Shown piece by piece: positions 1-13,218 of a stretch of 64,000 nt of DNA (positions within the stretch are counted from its first letter, which is position 1; every line of letters begins with the position of its first letter). The stretch is from contig OX597822.1 in NCBI GenBank assembly GCA_951406725.2, positions 62,992,001 through 63,056,000 on the forward strand, written 5' to 3'. The notes under the pieces are model-generated. The model did not search any database. It worked only from the letters and a program-made list of their open reading frames with translations, and was not told where the DNA came from. The stretch is from Octopus vulgaris (lineage: Eukaryota). The translations under genes were made by a program, and so were the position numbers.

Positions 1-543
1 GGTGGTTAGATTGTCTGCCATAATATTCAAACTGCATAATTCATTATCTCCTAATCCATTCACATGCATTTGGTCCTCGATCAATATGTTGCTATTGTCT
101 TTGTATGCCCCGTCGTCATTTTTCCAATTCGCATGCATCTCAACCTGTTTTGTTGTTTCTTTCTTTAATTGCAAATTGACTATTCTCATTAATGTCATCT
201 TTCTCAAGCCCACCAGCTTCTTTTTAGCAGTCTCCCAGCAGATATTCATCCATTTTCCTTGATTGCTAGGGCTTGGTCTGATAGATTTTATTCGTGCACT
301 TCAAAAATTCTTATCTGATTTCAGATGTTAAGCAGACGTTTTTTTGTAACCTCATTTTACTGCATCACCTTTGATGTACATTTCATGACTAATCTATTCA
401 TCTTCTTCGTTCAGCTTATTCTCCACCTTTCTGTATTGTGAGTATTTCATAGATTGACAACCTGGGTAGCTTCAGTCACACTTTCCCCTTCCCGGTGAAG
501 GATCTTCACTTGAATTTCCGTCATTTGATTTTTTTTGTTATTA

Positions 544-587
<44 letters not shown>

Positions 588-1377
588 GAAAACTCACTGC
601 TTATTTTGCTGAGTATGATGGAAAGTGTCAGCTCTTCACAGCCAGCTGACTAAGGTAACATTTGTTTACTGGTCGTGCTTCAAGAATTCAGCGAAGAATT
701 CTTGCAGTTGCAAGCAATGCTGATTTTTATTGGTGTTCTACCTTCACACTTGCACGGATCCTTTTTTTTTTCATGAGTAATCTAATCTTCTTCTTCGTTT
801 AGCTTAATCTCGACCTTTCTGTATTGTGAGCATTTCATAGATTGACGACCTGGGAATTCATTTCACTCTTGTTTAAGAGTAGGGTTAGTGCTTTTATTTG
901 GACACCGTCTTTTGAAAGATTGTGGATCATAATTTAAAAGAGGCTTAACTACACATGGCCGAATTATAATTCGTTTGTTGCAACATCAGCATTTTTATCC
1001 TTTGCAGATCATATGCACTTCCGACTATAGTCCAATAGCACAAGAAGGCTTCCGTCAGCCAGTAGGTTGGCACAACCCTGGCGAATGTATTATTATATAT
1101 ATACAGGCAAATATAGATTCAATTTAGATTATCGCTTTCAGTTCATCTTCCGTCTGGCAGGTTTTATTTTTCAACCTACAGGGTGTCCAAACATCAAAAA
1201 CTTTAATTTCACCATCCTAATAACCAACTATTGGTGGGTATTGGTTTGCGTGGTTAATAGTATCAAGAATGTGTTTTCAAATGGGTTGCTATGTATACCG
1301 CACCAAGAAGGCTGGTCTTGTGTACGAAGACCAGTCTTCACATATGTATCTATAATTTCGTATTTCTCAACGGCATA

Positions 1378-1791
1378 GGCGTAGGAGTGGCTGTGTCGTA
1401 AGTAGCTTGCTAACAAACCACATGGTTTTGGGTTCAGTCCCACTGCGTAGCACCTTGGGCCAGTGTCTTCTACTATAGCCTCGGGTCGACCAAAGACTTG
1501 TGAGTGGATTTGGTAGACGGAAACTGAAAGAAGCCTATCGTATATATGTATATGTATGTGTGTGTGTATGTGTGTGTATATGTTTGTGTGTATGTGTTTG
1601 TCCCCCAGCATCGCTTGACAACCGATGGTGGTGTGTTTACGTCCCCGTCACTTAGCGGTTCGTCAAAGAGACCGATAGAATAAGTACTAGGCTTACAAAG
1701 AATAAGTCCTGGGGTCGATTTGCTCGACTAAAGGCGGTGCTCCAGCATGGCCGCAGTCAAATGACTGAAACAAGAGTAAAAGAGTAAAAGA
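1378..1791 (+). mobile_element. tRNA-derived SINE family A (~410 bp, internal TA/TG microsatellite, AAAGAGT tail)
   Basis: Head GGCGTAGGAGTGGCTGTGT.GTAAG...GGTTCAGTCCC (Pol III A/B-box-like); many copies in the window. Confidence 0.9.
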
Positions 1792-2654
1792 GGGCATTGA
1801 TTTATGACCAATTTAAGTGAGAGACACACACATACATAAAGATAGAAAGAGACGGAGACAGAATGAGAGAGAGGGATGGCTTGATGCATAATGGGTTATG
1901 AAGAAATTATTATTGACAGGATCATTATAGAGGGTGTAGAATCGTTAGAGCGTCGGAAAAAAGTGCTTTGCAATATTCCGACTCAATGCGTTCTGAGTCC
2001 GAATCACGCCGAGGTCAATAAAAAAAGCACTAATCAAGAAGTGGAGTCGATGTAATTCATCAATCCACTCACCCCCACAATAATTACTGGCCTTGTGCAA
2101 AATTTGAAACCATTATTAAAAGCAACCTGTTGGCAGAATCAGTTACACGTTGACCAAAATTGGCGACCTTTCACCAAATCTGAATCAATAATTATTATTA
2201 TATTCACTTTTAAAAATACAAAAGCATTTTCTATTTTGAAGTAAGAAATCGAGCACATTATAGAGAAGATGCATTTAGGATATTCAAGGCTGACAAGAAT
2301 GTACATACTAGCTAACAAAAACAATCATTGAAAAATATATATATACAAGTTTCCAGTGTTAAGGAGGTTTCACGTTTACGAGCATATCAAGGATTACCAA
2401 ACTTGCTTAAATATAAAAGCGTTTACACTTAACGGACGTCTTGAAATAATTATTTTTCTTTCTAATTTTGGTACAAGGTCAGCAGTGTTTTTTTAAAGGA
2501 ATGTGTAAGTCGATAATATAGACCTCAATGCTCGAGTTATACTTATTTTATCGACCCCGAAATGATGAAAGAAAAAGTTGACTTCGGCGGCTTTTGAACT
2601 CAGAACGTAAGAAGCCGAAAGAAGTGTCGCTAAGTACTTTGACGTGGTAACTTT

Positions 2655-3075
2655 TCTTATTTCTTTACTACCCACAAGGGGCTACACACAGAGAGGACAA
2701 ACAAGGACAGACAAACGGATTACGTCGATTAGATCGACACCAGTGCGTAACTGGTACTTAGTTAATCGACCCCGAAAGGATGAAAGGCAAAGTCGACCTC
2801 GGCGGAATTTGAACTTAGAACGTAGCGGCAGACGAAATACCTATTTCTTTACTACCCACAAGGAGTTAAACATAGAGTGGACAAACAAGGACAAACAAAC
2901 GGATTAAGTCGATTATATCGACCCCATTGCGTAACTGGTACTTAATTTATCGACCCCGAAAGAATGAAAGGCAAAGTTGACCTCGGCGGAATTTGAACTC
3001 AGAACGTAACGGCAGACGAAATGCCGCTAAGCATTTCGCCCGGCGCGCTAACGTTTCTGGCAGTTTGCCGCCTTC
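2655..3075 (-). mobile_element. tRNA-derived SINE family B, tandem partial dimer
   Basis: Two copies of ATCGACCCCGAAAG.ATGAAAGGCAAAGT.GACCTCGGCGGAATTTGAACT; older relatives at 1925-2115, 2470-2650 and 3100-3295. Confidence 0.8.
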
Positions 3076-4149
3076 CATTCAAATTTTGTCAGAAGACCAG
3101 CAATTTTTTATTAGGAGTAGGGTAAGCCGATTACAACAACCCCAGTTTTCAACCAGTATTTATTTTAGCGACCCACCACCACCAGAAGAATGAATAGCAA
3201 CTTCGATGAAAATTGAACTCAGAATGTAAAGAGCTGGAGGACGTGTCGCTAAGTTCTTTGTCCGACGCAGTAATGTCTGCCAGTTTGCCGTCTTACGCTG
3301 TAATAATGCAGTACCAACGTTTATAGATTTTAGTTTTGCTATTTTATGAGGATACCAATGCCTATATTTACAGGTAATCTTATCATGTCTTTATAGTAAT
3401 GGTCGTCTATCACTTCAGATGTGTTGATTAGATCTGAGATGAGAGACACGTTTCTGAACTACTATGATGTTTTTAGTTCGGAACTACCATAATGTTTTTA
3501 GCGAGGATGGTGTAATTCTTTACCTTTACAGCTTGCTTTAACACATTATAGACAATTGCTTTTACAATATTATGTCAGTAATCAATATGCTATTGTCATT
3601 TTACCGCGAAGAATAATGTATCTAGTATCTAGCGATCTGTTTGTATGCCGAACTTCCACTGTATTTTCATATCATTGTTTTCTAAAATAAGTGAACGATA
3701 ATACATACATATATACATACATACAAGCATACATACATGTGTGTGTGTTTGTGTTTCATATGTATATATATCTTAATAGAAAGCTCTAATTGGGCTATAT
3801 TTGTGGGGTAAGATGGAGGGATGACGTGAGGGTTGGTGTGAAATGGACGCAGCTGAAGAAGAGGAGACAAGAAATACGACAAAGCCATTGAAATTGACAA
3901 GCAGTGGTAGGAAGATGGGGAATGGTAAATGTTATAAAAGTTTCTGAGAGGATGGACATTAAATACATCATGTACGTTTACAGTCTTCATCACAAACACA
4001 CACAAAGCACAAACACTTTGCACATATAGAGACTTAACTACAGTTTAAACAAAAGGATAAACTTGATAAGTCATTGGTAGTTGGAATGTAAGGAGACAGT
4101 AGATTTACATAGCCAAATACATGTGTGTACGCTCGCACGTGTATATATG

Positions 4150-4208
<59 letters not shown>

Positions 4209-4234
4209 ATAATATAATATTATATTTATATATA

Positions 4235-4532
4235 TATAATTTAGAATATCTAGGAGATACCACCAAGCTGAAAATAGCAGCCAAAATCTGACTCTAAAAC
4301 CACATCAAACGTCCATATAGCACAAGGAGAGAAGACAAAAGGGCAAAATAAAACTAGTAAAAAAATTACTGGATTATGCAATAAATTATGGGATTATCCA
4401 GTAATTTTTTCCTAGTTTTATTTTGCTTTTTGTCTTCTCTCCTTGCGCTGTATGGACGTTTGATGTGGTTTTAGAGTCAGATTTTGGCTGCTATTTTCAG
4501 CATGGTGGTATCTCGTAGATACCCTAATTATA
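4235..4532. repeat. Foldback, ~140-bp arms, ~14-nt spacer
   Basis: CTGAAAATAGCAGCCAAAATCTGACTCTAAAACCACATCAAACGTCCA and its reverse complement; lies between (TG)n/TA and (TA)n. Confidence 0.93.
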
Positions 4533-4629
4533 ATTTTAATAATAATTATTACGTTTGAAGGCTTTTATTTCCATGCTGGCCACTTGATAAGGTCGTTATT
4601 TAATTTAAATTAACTATCTTATCCTTATT

Positions 4630-4723
<94 letters not shown>

Positions 4724-4781
4724 CGGGTAAGTGGAAAAACGAAAGAAAGAGACACTCAAAGCATTTAGTAGGAGTTTCATA

Positions 4782-5709
4782 TACGTAGTGGTATCAAAAT
4801 GTTCCTGTACTAGTTCTGTAGCGCGCCATTAGGTGGCAGTACACGGTTGTGTGTGTAGTGAGAGCTAGCAGTGACCTTCATGAGGCAGTGTGCCGAGTGA
4901 CATCGCTGTGTTTACTTTACAAGTTGTAGCATTTGTGTATTTGTGATCACGTGTATGCTGTGGTCGGCGATTTTGTCATGAACAGGAAGTTAGAACAAAG
5001 AGCCTACGCGAAAATTTGCGTTAAATGTGTGAAGTCTGCTATAGAGACATTGAGTATGCTTCGGCAAGCTTTCAACGATGAGGCCATGGGTTGTACACAA
5101 TCTTTCGAGTGGCACGGGCGCTTCAAAAACAGAAGAGCGTCTCTGGAAGATGATAGACGATCTGAAGACCTGCCACGAGCGTCACCCCGGGAAATAAGGT
5201 GTTATGCATCGAGAATTCGTCCCTCAGGGCCAGACCGTCAATTGAGAGTTCTACTACGACGTTTTCAAACATCTGAGGGGGAACATTCGGCTAAGGCGAC
5301 CGCCGGATCTGTGAAACGCCAAGAATTGGCTTATTCAGGACGACAATGCGCCCTGTCACCGAGCTCTCCTCAAATGTGAGATTTTCGCTAAAAATAACAT
5401 AATATCGCATCTGCACCCATCCTATTCCCAAATTTAGCACCTGTGAGCTTCCATCTCTTCCCCAAGATGAAAATACAGCTCAAAGTTGCTGTTTTAACAC
5501 CGTTGTCGAGATCCTGAACGAATCACAGAAAGTTCTCGATCCGCTTACAGAAAACGACTTCCCGGCGGTATCCCAAAAGTAGCAGTGACGCAAGGGCCGG
5601 TATTTCCGCGCAAGGTAACTATTTGGAAGGAGATGGGGCTAAAATTTAGGTAAATAAGTTATTTTCTATTAAACATAACTAGTCCGGAAACCTTTTGTTA
5701 CCACCTCGT
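4782..5709 (+). mobile_element. Internally deleted mariner transposon
   Basis: Degenerate TIRs (TACGTAGTGGTATCAAAATG...CCTTTTGTTACCACCTCG). N-terminal EQRAYAKICVK...EWHGRFKNRRASLEDDRRS and C-terminal HPSYSPNLAP-like remnant; the catalytic middle is deleted. Confidence 0.85.
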
Positions 5710-5819
5710 TTTATTTAAAACAGTTTTGATTCGGGCCCTATGTGACTGGAAATTTCATAAGAAGCTTCTTACAGAAACTGAGCTCGTCAAGCTGAGTTAA
5801 TCGGATGGAGACGATGGCT

Positions 5820-5900
5820 ACCGGAAATTGGGTTGCTATTGATTGGGGCGGGTCACATGGTGTTGTTAAACGTGAGATCGACATTCCAGCGACAGCAGAT
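5820..5900 (+). promoter_or_regulatory. Candidate promoter cluster upstream of the GPCR exon
   Basis: CCGGAA (ETS-like), ATTGG (inverted CCAAT), GGGGCGGG (GC box) and CACATG (E-box) occur within ~45 bp of unique sequence. Confidence 0.3.
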
Positions 5901-5988
5901 GCATTAAAAAGGAGAATTTCTTGGATCGTGTGGCTGGCTGGCTGTACAGGAAGCTAGTGGCGGCTTGCTGTTGGACTTGTGAACGAGG

Positions 5989-6033
<45 letters not shown>

Positions 6034-6422
6034 TGTGTGCTAAACGTATGAATGCGTAAATGTGGGTGTCTGATGTCAATGCGTGTGTATCCGCTATGCG
6101 TGGCGATGTGGTGTGGTGCGTATGTGCGTATTTGCTAGAGTGTATGTACGCATGATTACTACATATCAGCCATGTATGAGTAATAGCAAGCGCGAATATG
6201 TGGGTGCATGTATCAGCTGTGTATACCAGACAAGCACGCACTCATTCATACTATACACATATAAATACAAGAACGTACATACTCACATACGAATACACGC
6301 CCATACGTTGTTACAGCCTGAATACGTACGCGGACCACGAGTACACAGCAGGCACGAACACACAAACGCGAGCGCACCCACATAACTGACGCACATGCAA
6401 CTGTTATGCAGCAACAATAACA

Positions 6423-6456
<34 letters not shown>

Positions 6457-7858
6457 CTGTTACTGACCACAAGGCTCTCAACACTTTGGGGCCAGAGTTG
6501 AAATAAAGAAGAAAACTGAGAGAAACTAGAAACAGCGGGGGAATTTACATCAAAGAGTGAGAACAACAATAACAATAAAGATTCGCTTATAAATAGATTA
6601 GTATTAAATAAAATTACTAGAGAACAAAACTAAGACCAACAAAAACGAGGGTTAAATAAACAGTGGTTCGAGAAGCGCTCCACACAACTCTACATTGCCG
6701 TAAGTCATCAAAGGTTAATGTCTCCTTACAGTTTTTGCTTGTACGGACGTATAGTTACAGCAGGCCTATTTAATCACGCTAATTTCACCACTTTCATGCA
6801 ACTTTCATCTTCTCTTCTACCGTCGACTTTCTCTTTAAACGATACTAGAAAAAAAATTGATAGAGTTTTGACATGAAACGCTCTGTCAAACGTTTTAGCT
6901 GCATCAGCAACATGACTTTCTTCGCTATTGCCAGCAAGTAGGTTACCTGCGTGACGATTAGGCATGCTTTGGTTTCTGATGCGCAGACGCGCGCTCAGAT
7001 TGCGCCACCTACTGCGATTTTTTGACGATGAAAGTGTATACGATCCGTTTGAGAGGTACGTCTTTCCGCAGCTCGTCTCCTTGACGGAGTTGCAGTCCTG
7101 ATTGAAAAAAAAAAAAGACCGAGACTGGACGCCTGGCATCCAGAGTATCGTCAGGCGCTCACAGCCTTCCACCAGTCAGGCAGTGAGAGTGGTGGATGTT
7201 CCACTTTGGCAATATATTAAAGATTAGTGGCGTGCGAGTGCGACGACGTTCTTGGAGAGATTCTGGGCGTCGACAGAACCGAACTGGCCGGTCAGTTCCG
7301 AGGTGCTTTCCTCTCAGAGACTACCATGGATAATCTCCAGATGTTTATGTTTGAGCAGTGCCATCGGGTGGGGGCGCTACTGGTTCAAGATAAACTTATA
7401 GCCACGGAAGTGCTGTCAGACGGACTTATCGTATGTGCAACGAAGCCGTTCTGGACACACTTGTTCATTGTCCGGCTGTCACGTGTGGCAAAATCTGAGA
7501 CCATTGTTGTTGTTGTTGTTGTTGTTGTTAGAGCATATTACATAAACCTACCAACTTAATGTATCTCAAAAGCATGAAACTATTCGTTGCCCTTTTGTAA
7601 TCGTGTATATTAAAGGATATATATGTGTGTCAGTATGTATGCATACATGCATGTATGCATGCATGTATGTATGTATGTATGTGAATGTATGTATTAACAC
7701 TTATGCACATACACGCACATACACACACACGCACGCACACTCGCATACACACACAAACTTATACACACCTTCTGAATGAAAATAATACAAAAACCAAATA
7801 ACTGCAAATTTTTTAAGACCAAACAGTTTGCTAGAATATATTATTACATTATTTACTA

Positions 7859-7924
<66 letters not shown>

Positions 7925-8039
7925 AATCTAGATACTTATTAAAATTCATTTATTTTTTTGTCTTCTATATTTTTAATATTGATTTCTTATATAGGTATCT
8001 GTGTGGTATAGGTATCTTATATAGGTATATTGTTTTACA

Positions 8040-8087
<48 letters not shown>

Positions 8088-9188
8088 AAACATAATGATT
8101 TATAATAATAATAATAATAATAATAATAATTGTCATCTTAACACCACTAATTATCTGTTAATATTCCTTAATTATATATATTATGCAGTAACGTGATAGA
8201 AAAAAATCCGAAACGTACAATTGGAAGGAAATCGGAAGACAGTGAGAAAATAAATCTGCAATTGGAGAACAAAGAAAGAAAGGAAGAAAGAAAGAAAAAA
8301 GAAGAAGAAAAGAAAATGCTATCATTGCTTATGTATTGATCTTTCTGCATTTATTTACTCGTTTCTTTCTTTTTCAAACGAACATTATGATTATTGTTTG
8401 GGAAGTAGTTTTCTCATGATGCATCAAATGTCTTTAAGAAACATTTCGCACTAAAAGAATCAACACTTATCGAGAAATAAAAAAAAATACTGACTTTAAA
8501 CCTCATCACGTATTGAAGAACTTCAAGGCTTTATATAGTTAATTGAATATATTGTTGCTGTTGTTTTTGTTCCTACTGTTATTGTTGTTGTTGTTGTTGT
8601 TGTTGTTGTCCTCCTCCTTCTTCCTATTCTACATCTTCTTCTTCTTTGTGGTAATGGTGGTGATGAAGGTATTGGTCGAGTGGGAATCAGTACTGTTGTC
8701 AGTGTAGCCTGTTAGTATCGCTGGTCGTGAAGGTTTGTGCAGGTGAGGTCTCTGTTAGTGTTGATATTGCAGTTATTGCTGCTATTTTAGTTATTGTTGT
8801 TGTAATTGTTACTGTTCTTCTTGTTGTTGTTCTTATTATTTGTTGCTTTTGTTCCTATTGTTAACGTCAGTGCTTGTACCACTGACGTTGCTAATGCTAT
8901 TATTTTTGTTGCTATTGTGATTGTCGCTACCTTTTCCGTTGCATTTGCTGTCTCTGCTTTTGTTGTTTGTGTTGGCATTTTCATTGTCATTTTTGCTATT
9001 TGTTTTTGTGACTATCATTCTTGTTTATTGCTTTTTATTGTCGTATTGTTGTTGCTGTTGGTATTGTTGTTGTTGCTACCACCGCCGCCACTTGTTGCAT
9101 GCGTGTTTGTGTCACAAGAGAAAAAAATAAGTTAAAAGAAGACCAAACAAAACAGGACAAATTAAAACGGAAGAACACAATTATACCA

Positions 9189-9621
9189 ATGTCGCCGGTG
9201 ATTTGTAGAGACCGAAGTGGTTTCCATTCTCGTGGCGTGTTCAAACTGATAACTTGTTCCATGTGTTATATCTTTATATTCCCGCGATTAAATATTCTCG
9301 AAAGAGAGCGTGAAAATAAAATGACCATCATAAAAGACAATTATACTGCGGAGCCGGACATAGAAAATGAAACTGTAATAGCACGGTTCTGCTCTGCTTT
9401 CGACAATCAAGAGGAGTGTGGACGATGGAAATCGTGCTGTAAAGGAGCTTTACAGTGTTGTGAAGAACAACAAAAGGATATAAACATTTCGCAAGTGGCA
9501 GATGATAGGCCAACATGTCCGCCGACTTGGGATGGTTTCAGCTGCTGGAAAAGAACCCCGGAAAAAACAAGGGTCTTCAACGAATGTCCTGAATACGTCC
9601 ATGAATTTGAAGTGTCAGACG
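9189..9621 (+). CDS. Exon encoding the N-terminal extracellular domain of a class B1 (secretin family) GPCR, calcitonin/CGRP-receptor-like; the gene continues beyond this exon
   Basis: The translation contains CPPTWDGFSCWKRTP...FNECPEY, the hormone-receptor domain signature C-x3-WDG-x2-CW-x2-T-P...C-P. It is preceded by a Cys-rich block (CGRWKSCCKGALQCC) and NxT/S sites, and ends at a canonical phase-1 donor G|GTAAGT at 9621/9622. The start is uncertain (in-frame ATGs at 9099 and 9189). Confidence 0.88.
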
Positions 9622-9709
9622 GTAAGTAAACCACAGCTTATCTATCTATATATCTTTCTATCTATCTGTCAATCTATCTCTCTTTCAGCTATGTATGTGT
9701 TAGTGCATT

Positions 9710-10125
9710 CAACAACATGAGCAGAATGTCTGGTCGTTAAAATTAGACAAAATATATAAATTAGACTACCGTTTCGCAGTGGCTATAAAATGCAGGGTAT
9801 TCGATTTTGGGCGAAAGTTAATCATCCGGAAGTGACATCGTCCAGCCCAAACCAATTCTACTGTCTAAAGTGAGGTGGTAAAATAAACATGAGAGCCATT
9901 TAAAGATTCACTGCACATAAACATACCATTGAAAACAAACAAATTAATGTACTCAACAACGTGAGCAGAATATGTCTGGTCGTTAAAATGAAATGAAATA
10001 TGTAAATTAGATTATCATTTCACAGTGGCTATAAAATGCGGAAATGATGTCATCCAGCCATCGCTCTTTTACTGTCGACTGTGAAGTTGTATGAGAGACA
10101 TGACAACTGTTTACAACTTTCATGT
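9710..10125 (+). repeat. Diverged tandem duplication, period ~245 bp
   Basis: CAACAAC.TGAGCAGAAT..GTCTGGTCGTTAAAAT...CAGTGGCTATAAAATGC at ~9710 and ~9955. Confidence 0.8.
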
Positions 10126-10789
10126 ATTTAATTAATTTATTTGATTAATGAACACAATGATTTTGAGTATACACCAGACAGTGAATTGGTAGAGTCGTTA
10201 GAGCATTGCATTGAGTACCTCGAGAAGTACATTCTGAATTTCGGTGCTTTGAGGTCAAATCCCACCGAGATCATTTCCGCCTCCACTTTTATCATCTTGG
10301 GGTGATTTAAAAAAGTACGAATCCAGGGCAGTGAGTTGTCGGAACTGTACGAATGTTGGGCTGGATTCCTTGCGATATTTGTCCTGGATCTCAGTGCTTT
10401 GAAACAAATTTTGTTAAAGTGCTCACAAGCACCATACCAAACTCTCAGACGTGGTGTGACGAGTAAGACTCGAAACAAAATCTGGCATCAAATAGATAGC
10501 ACTGGGTGAATTCGATTGAGGAGTCTCTCCTACCGGAAATACATGTGCCCTGGTGATGTATGTATGTATGTATGTATGTATGTATGTATGTATGTATGTA
10601 TGTATGTATGTATGTATGTATGTATGTATGTATGTATGTATGTATGTATGTATGTATGTATGTATGTTGTTTTCTGTTTTTACTTATTTAAATTCATCCT
10701 CTGAAGAATGAGCTGGTTTCTAACAAAGATAAAAAAGTGCCATCGTTGGAATATATATAACGATAACAAGGTCACATTTTCAACATGAA

Positions 10790-11090
10790 AAATGTCTTGT
10801 ATTTGTAATGTGCAAATAAGTTGGTTGATTTCTTTTTCTGAAAATCCAAGTTTATACAGACTGACAGTTAAGCATTTACTTACAAAATCAAGTGCACCAA
10901 TTATTGTTGATATAAATGTAAATTTGTAACCCGGATACAGAAGTTGAAGGTTTCGGAGCAGTTGTCCATGGTTATCTTTGATTTTCAACGGGATAGTCAC
11001 ATCAGCAGGACAGTTGACCTCTATGACGGTACATACTTTTTCATGTGTGTCCTAAAGTGCAATATCGGGCCTGTTATGTTTACGCTTGAC
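10790..11090 (-). mobile_element. R4/Dong/NeSL-type LINE C-terminal restriction-like endonuclease fragment
   Basis: NRPDIAL*DTHEKVCTVIEVNCPAD...LQLLYPGYKFTFISTIIGALD (PD..E motif, IIGALG-like). Confidence 0.75.
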
Positions 11091-11100
11091 AGATGTTTTG

Positions 11101-11147
<47 letters not shown>

Positions 11148-11155
11148 TGAGTGTG

Positions 11156-11194
<39 letters not shown>

Positions 11195-12054
11195 GGCTAC
11201 CAGGAGAAACTTTCGAGTCGCTGTTGCCCCACTTCTTTTAAGTTTAATACAGAATAAACATGCGCTCTACTAAAAAGTATTGGGTAATTCTTCATTTTAG
11301 TGTTAAATTGTTTATATATATATCTATACATACATATATATATATATTCGAAACTTGGAGTAGATGAAACAGGAACAACTGATGAAGGGGAGTATTCTTT
11401 ATGTTGCATGTCTCGTTTTTCTGTTTACTTTTTTCGTTATTCGAAAAAAAGTTCGTTTCTATGTTTTTGTATTTATGTTTTCGTTTCTCATTGTGTTCAA
11501 CGTTTTTTTTTTATGTCCTGTACCCATATATACATGTATGCATACATATATATATGTAGGTAAGTGCATATGTGTATGCATATATGCATATAATGTGACC
11601 TTGTTATCGTTATATATATATATATATATATATAGCGTGAAGACACGTGACCTACTGTTTACGTTGTTGCATTCCTGATCGCTAGATCAGGGGGTCGATT
11701 CCCAAACAGAGCAGCGTGTTGTGTTCTTGAGTAAAACACTTCATTTAACACTGCTCTGATGGGGTGGGAGAGAAGCAGAAGCGTTGGCACGTCAGCAGAG
11801 ATGCTTCGCAGTATCTCTTCCGGTTCACTACATTCTGAGTTCAAATCCCGCCTGGCGAAAGAAAACGGAAAACCATTCCAATCTAGTCATGGTAACCGAA
11901 GTTATAGTAGTCTACTTAACGACTGTAGGGGAAGGTACGGGCCCTCCCAGGTCGTATAGAAAAGTGCTGGAAAAGGTTCACATGCACTGCTAGACTGGAT
12001 TGCCTATATTCACTCCACTTATCTGCGTGTATCTGTCTATATATATATATATAA

Positions 12055-12383
12055 AGTAAAGACCCCCTTCGGTCATGAATGACCATGGGATTGCACCTAG
12101 AAAGTTACCCTCCTAGACACAAGTCCGGGCAAGGTTGTTTATGGAAGACCAGCAGTCGCCCATGCATACCAGCCTCCCCTCTCCACGCCACCAGTGTTAT
12201 CCAAGGGGAAGACAAAGGTCGATACAGCTTGGCACCAGTGACGTCGCAACTCATTTCTATAGCTGAGTGAACTGGAGCAACGTGAAATAAAGTGCCTTGC
12301 TCAAGAACACAACACGCAGCCCGGTCCGGGATTCGAGCTCACAACCTCACGATCGTAAGCTCGACGCTCTAACCACTGAGCCA

Positions 12384-12384
<1 letters not shown>
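12055..12384 (-). mobile_element. tRNA-derived SINE (family C-related head, distinct tail)
   Basis: Minus-strand head ATGGCTCAGTGGTTAGAGCG...TCGAATCCC; same family as 33825-34160. Confidence 0.85.
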
Positions 12385-12426
<42 letters not shown>

Positions 12427-13106
12427 TGTGTGAGGTGGGGTGTCTGTGTATATGAATCTCGTTGACTATTTTTATAACAAGATATTTATGTACTTCTATG
12501 AATAATGGCAATTTGATCTCCATGTTCGAATCAGTCAATATGACGGTCATATTTTCTATCTGACTTATTTTATTACTATGTTAATACCCACTGAACTCAC
12601 TATCTCTTCGCCAACCCATCCAACTATCCATCTATCCACCTTTGCATATGTCTATCTATACGTTTGTATACCCAATTATATTTTCATCAATTTATATATC
12701 CATGTATGCGTCTGTCTATTTGACAATCTATCTTGCTCTCCAGCTATTCCTCCTCCGTACATGGACGACGTATCTGACTGCCCGTTGATTTATATCAATC
12801 AATAAATATGTATAGTCATACAAACTTATGCACGTCTTTTCTGCTTATCCGGTCGTCTGATTTTTCAGTTCATTGGTATCACTTGGTCGCTGGTTATAAA
12901 TATTTGCGAGTAGCCATGCAAGAGTACATCAGCGTCCGCACACACACACACACACACACATACGCACATGCGCATGCTCGAATGCACGCACGGACACAAG
13001 CACGTGCGAACTCCTACGCACATGCAGTGCCTCACACACGCACACATACACAGATAGACAAAGAGATAGACAGGCGGACAGACAACCAGACAGACAGACA
13101 GGTAGG

Positions 13107-13158
<52 letters not shown>

Positions 13159-13163
13159 TAGAG

Positions 13164-13218
<55 letters not shown>

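Noticed and set aside
6774-7559. 132-aa and 110-aa ORFs in the CpG-rich region
   Set aside because: No recognisable motif; likely chance ORFs in GC-richer DNA.
8787-9135. Hydrophobic and Asn/Thr-rich ORFs resembling membrane proteins
   Set aside because: They are products of degenerate (GTT/GCT)n low-complexity sequence.
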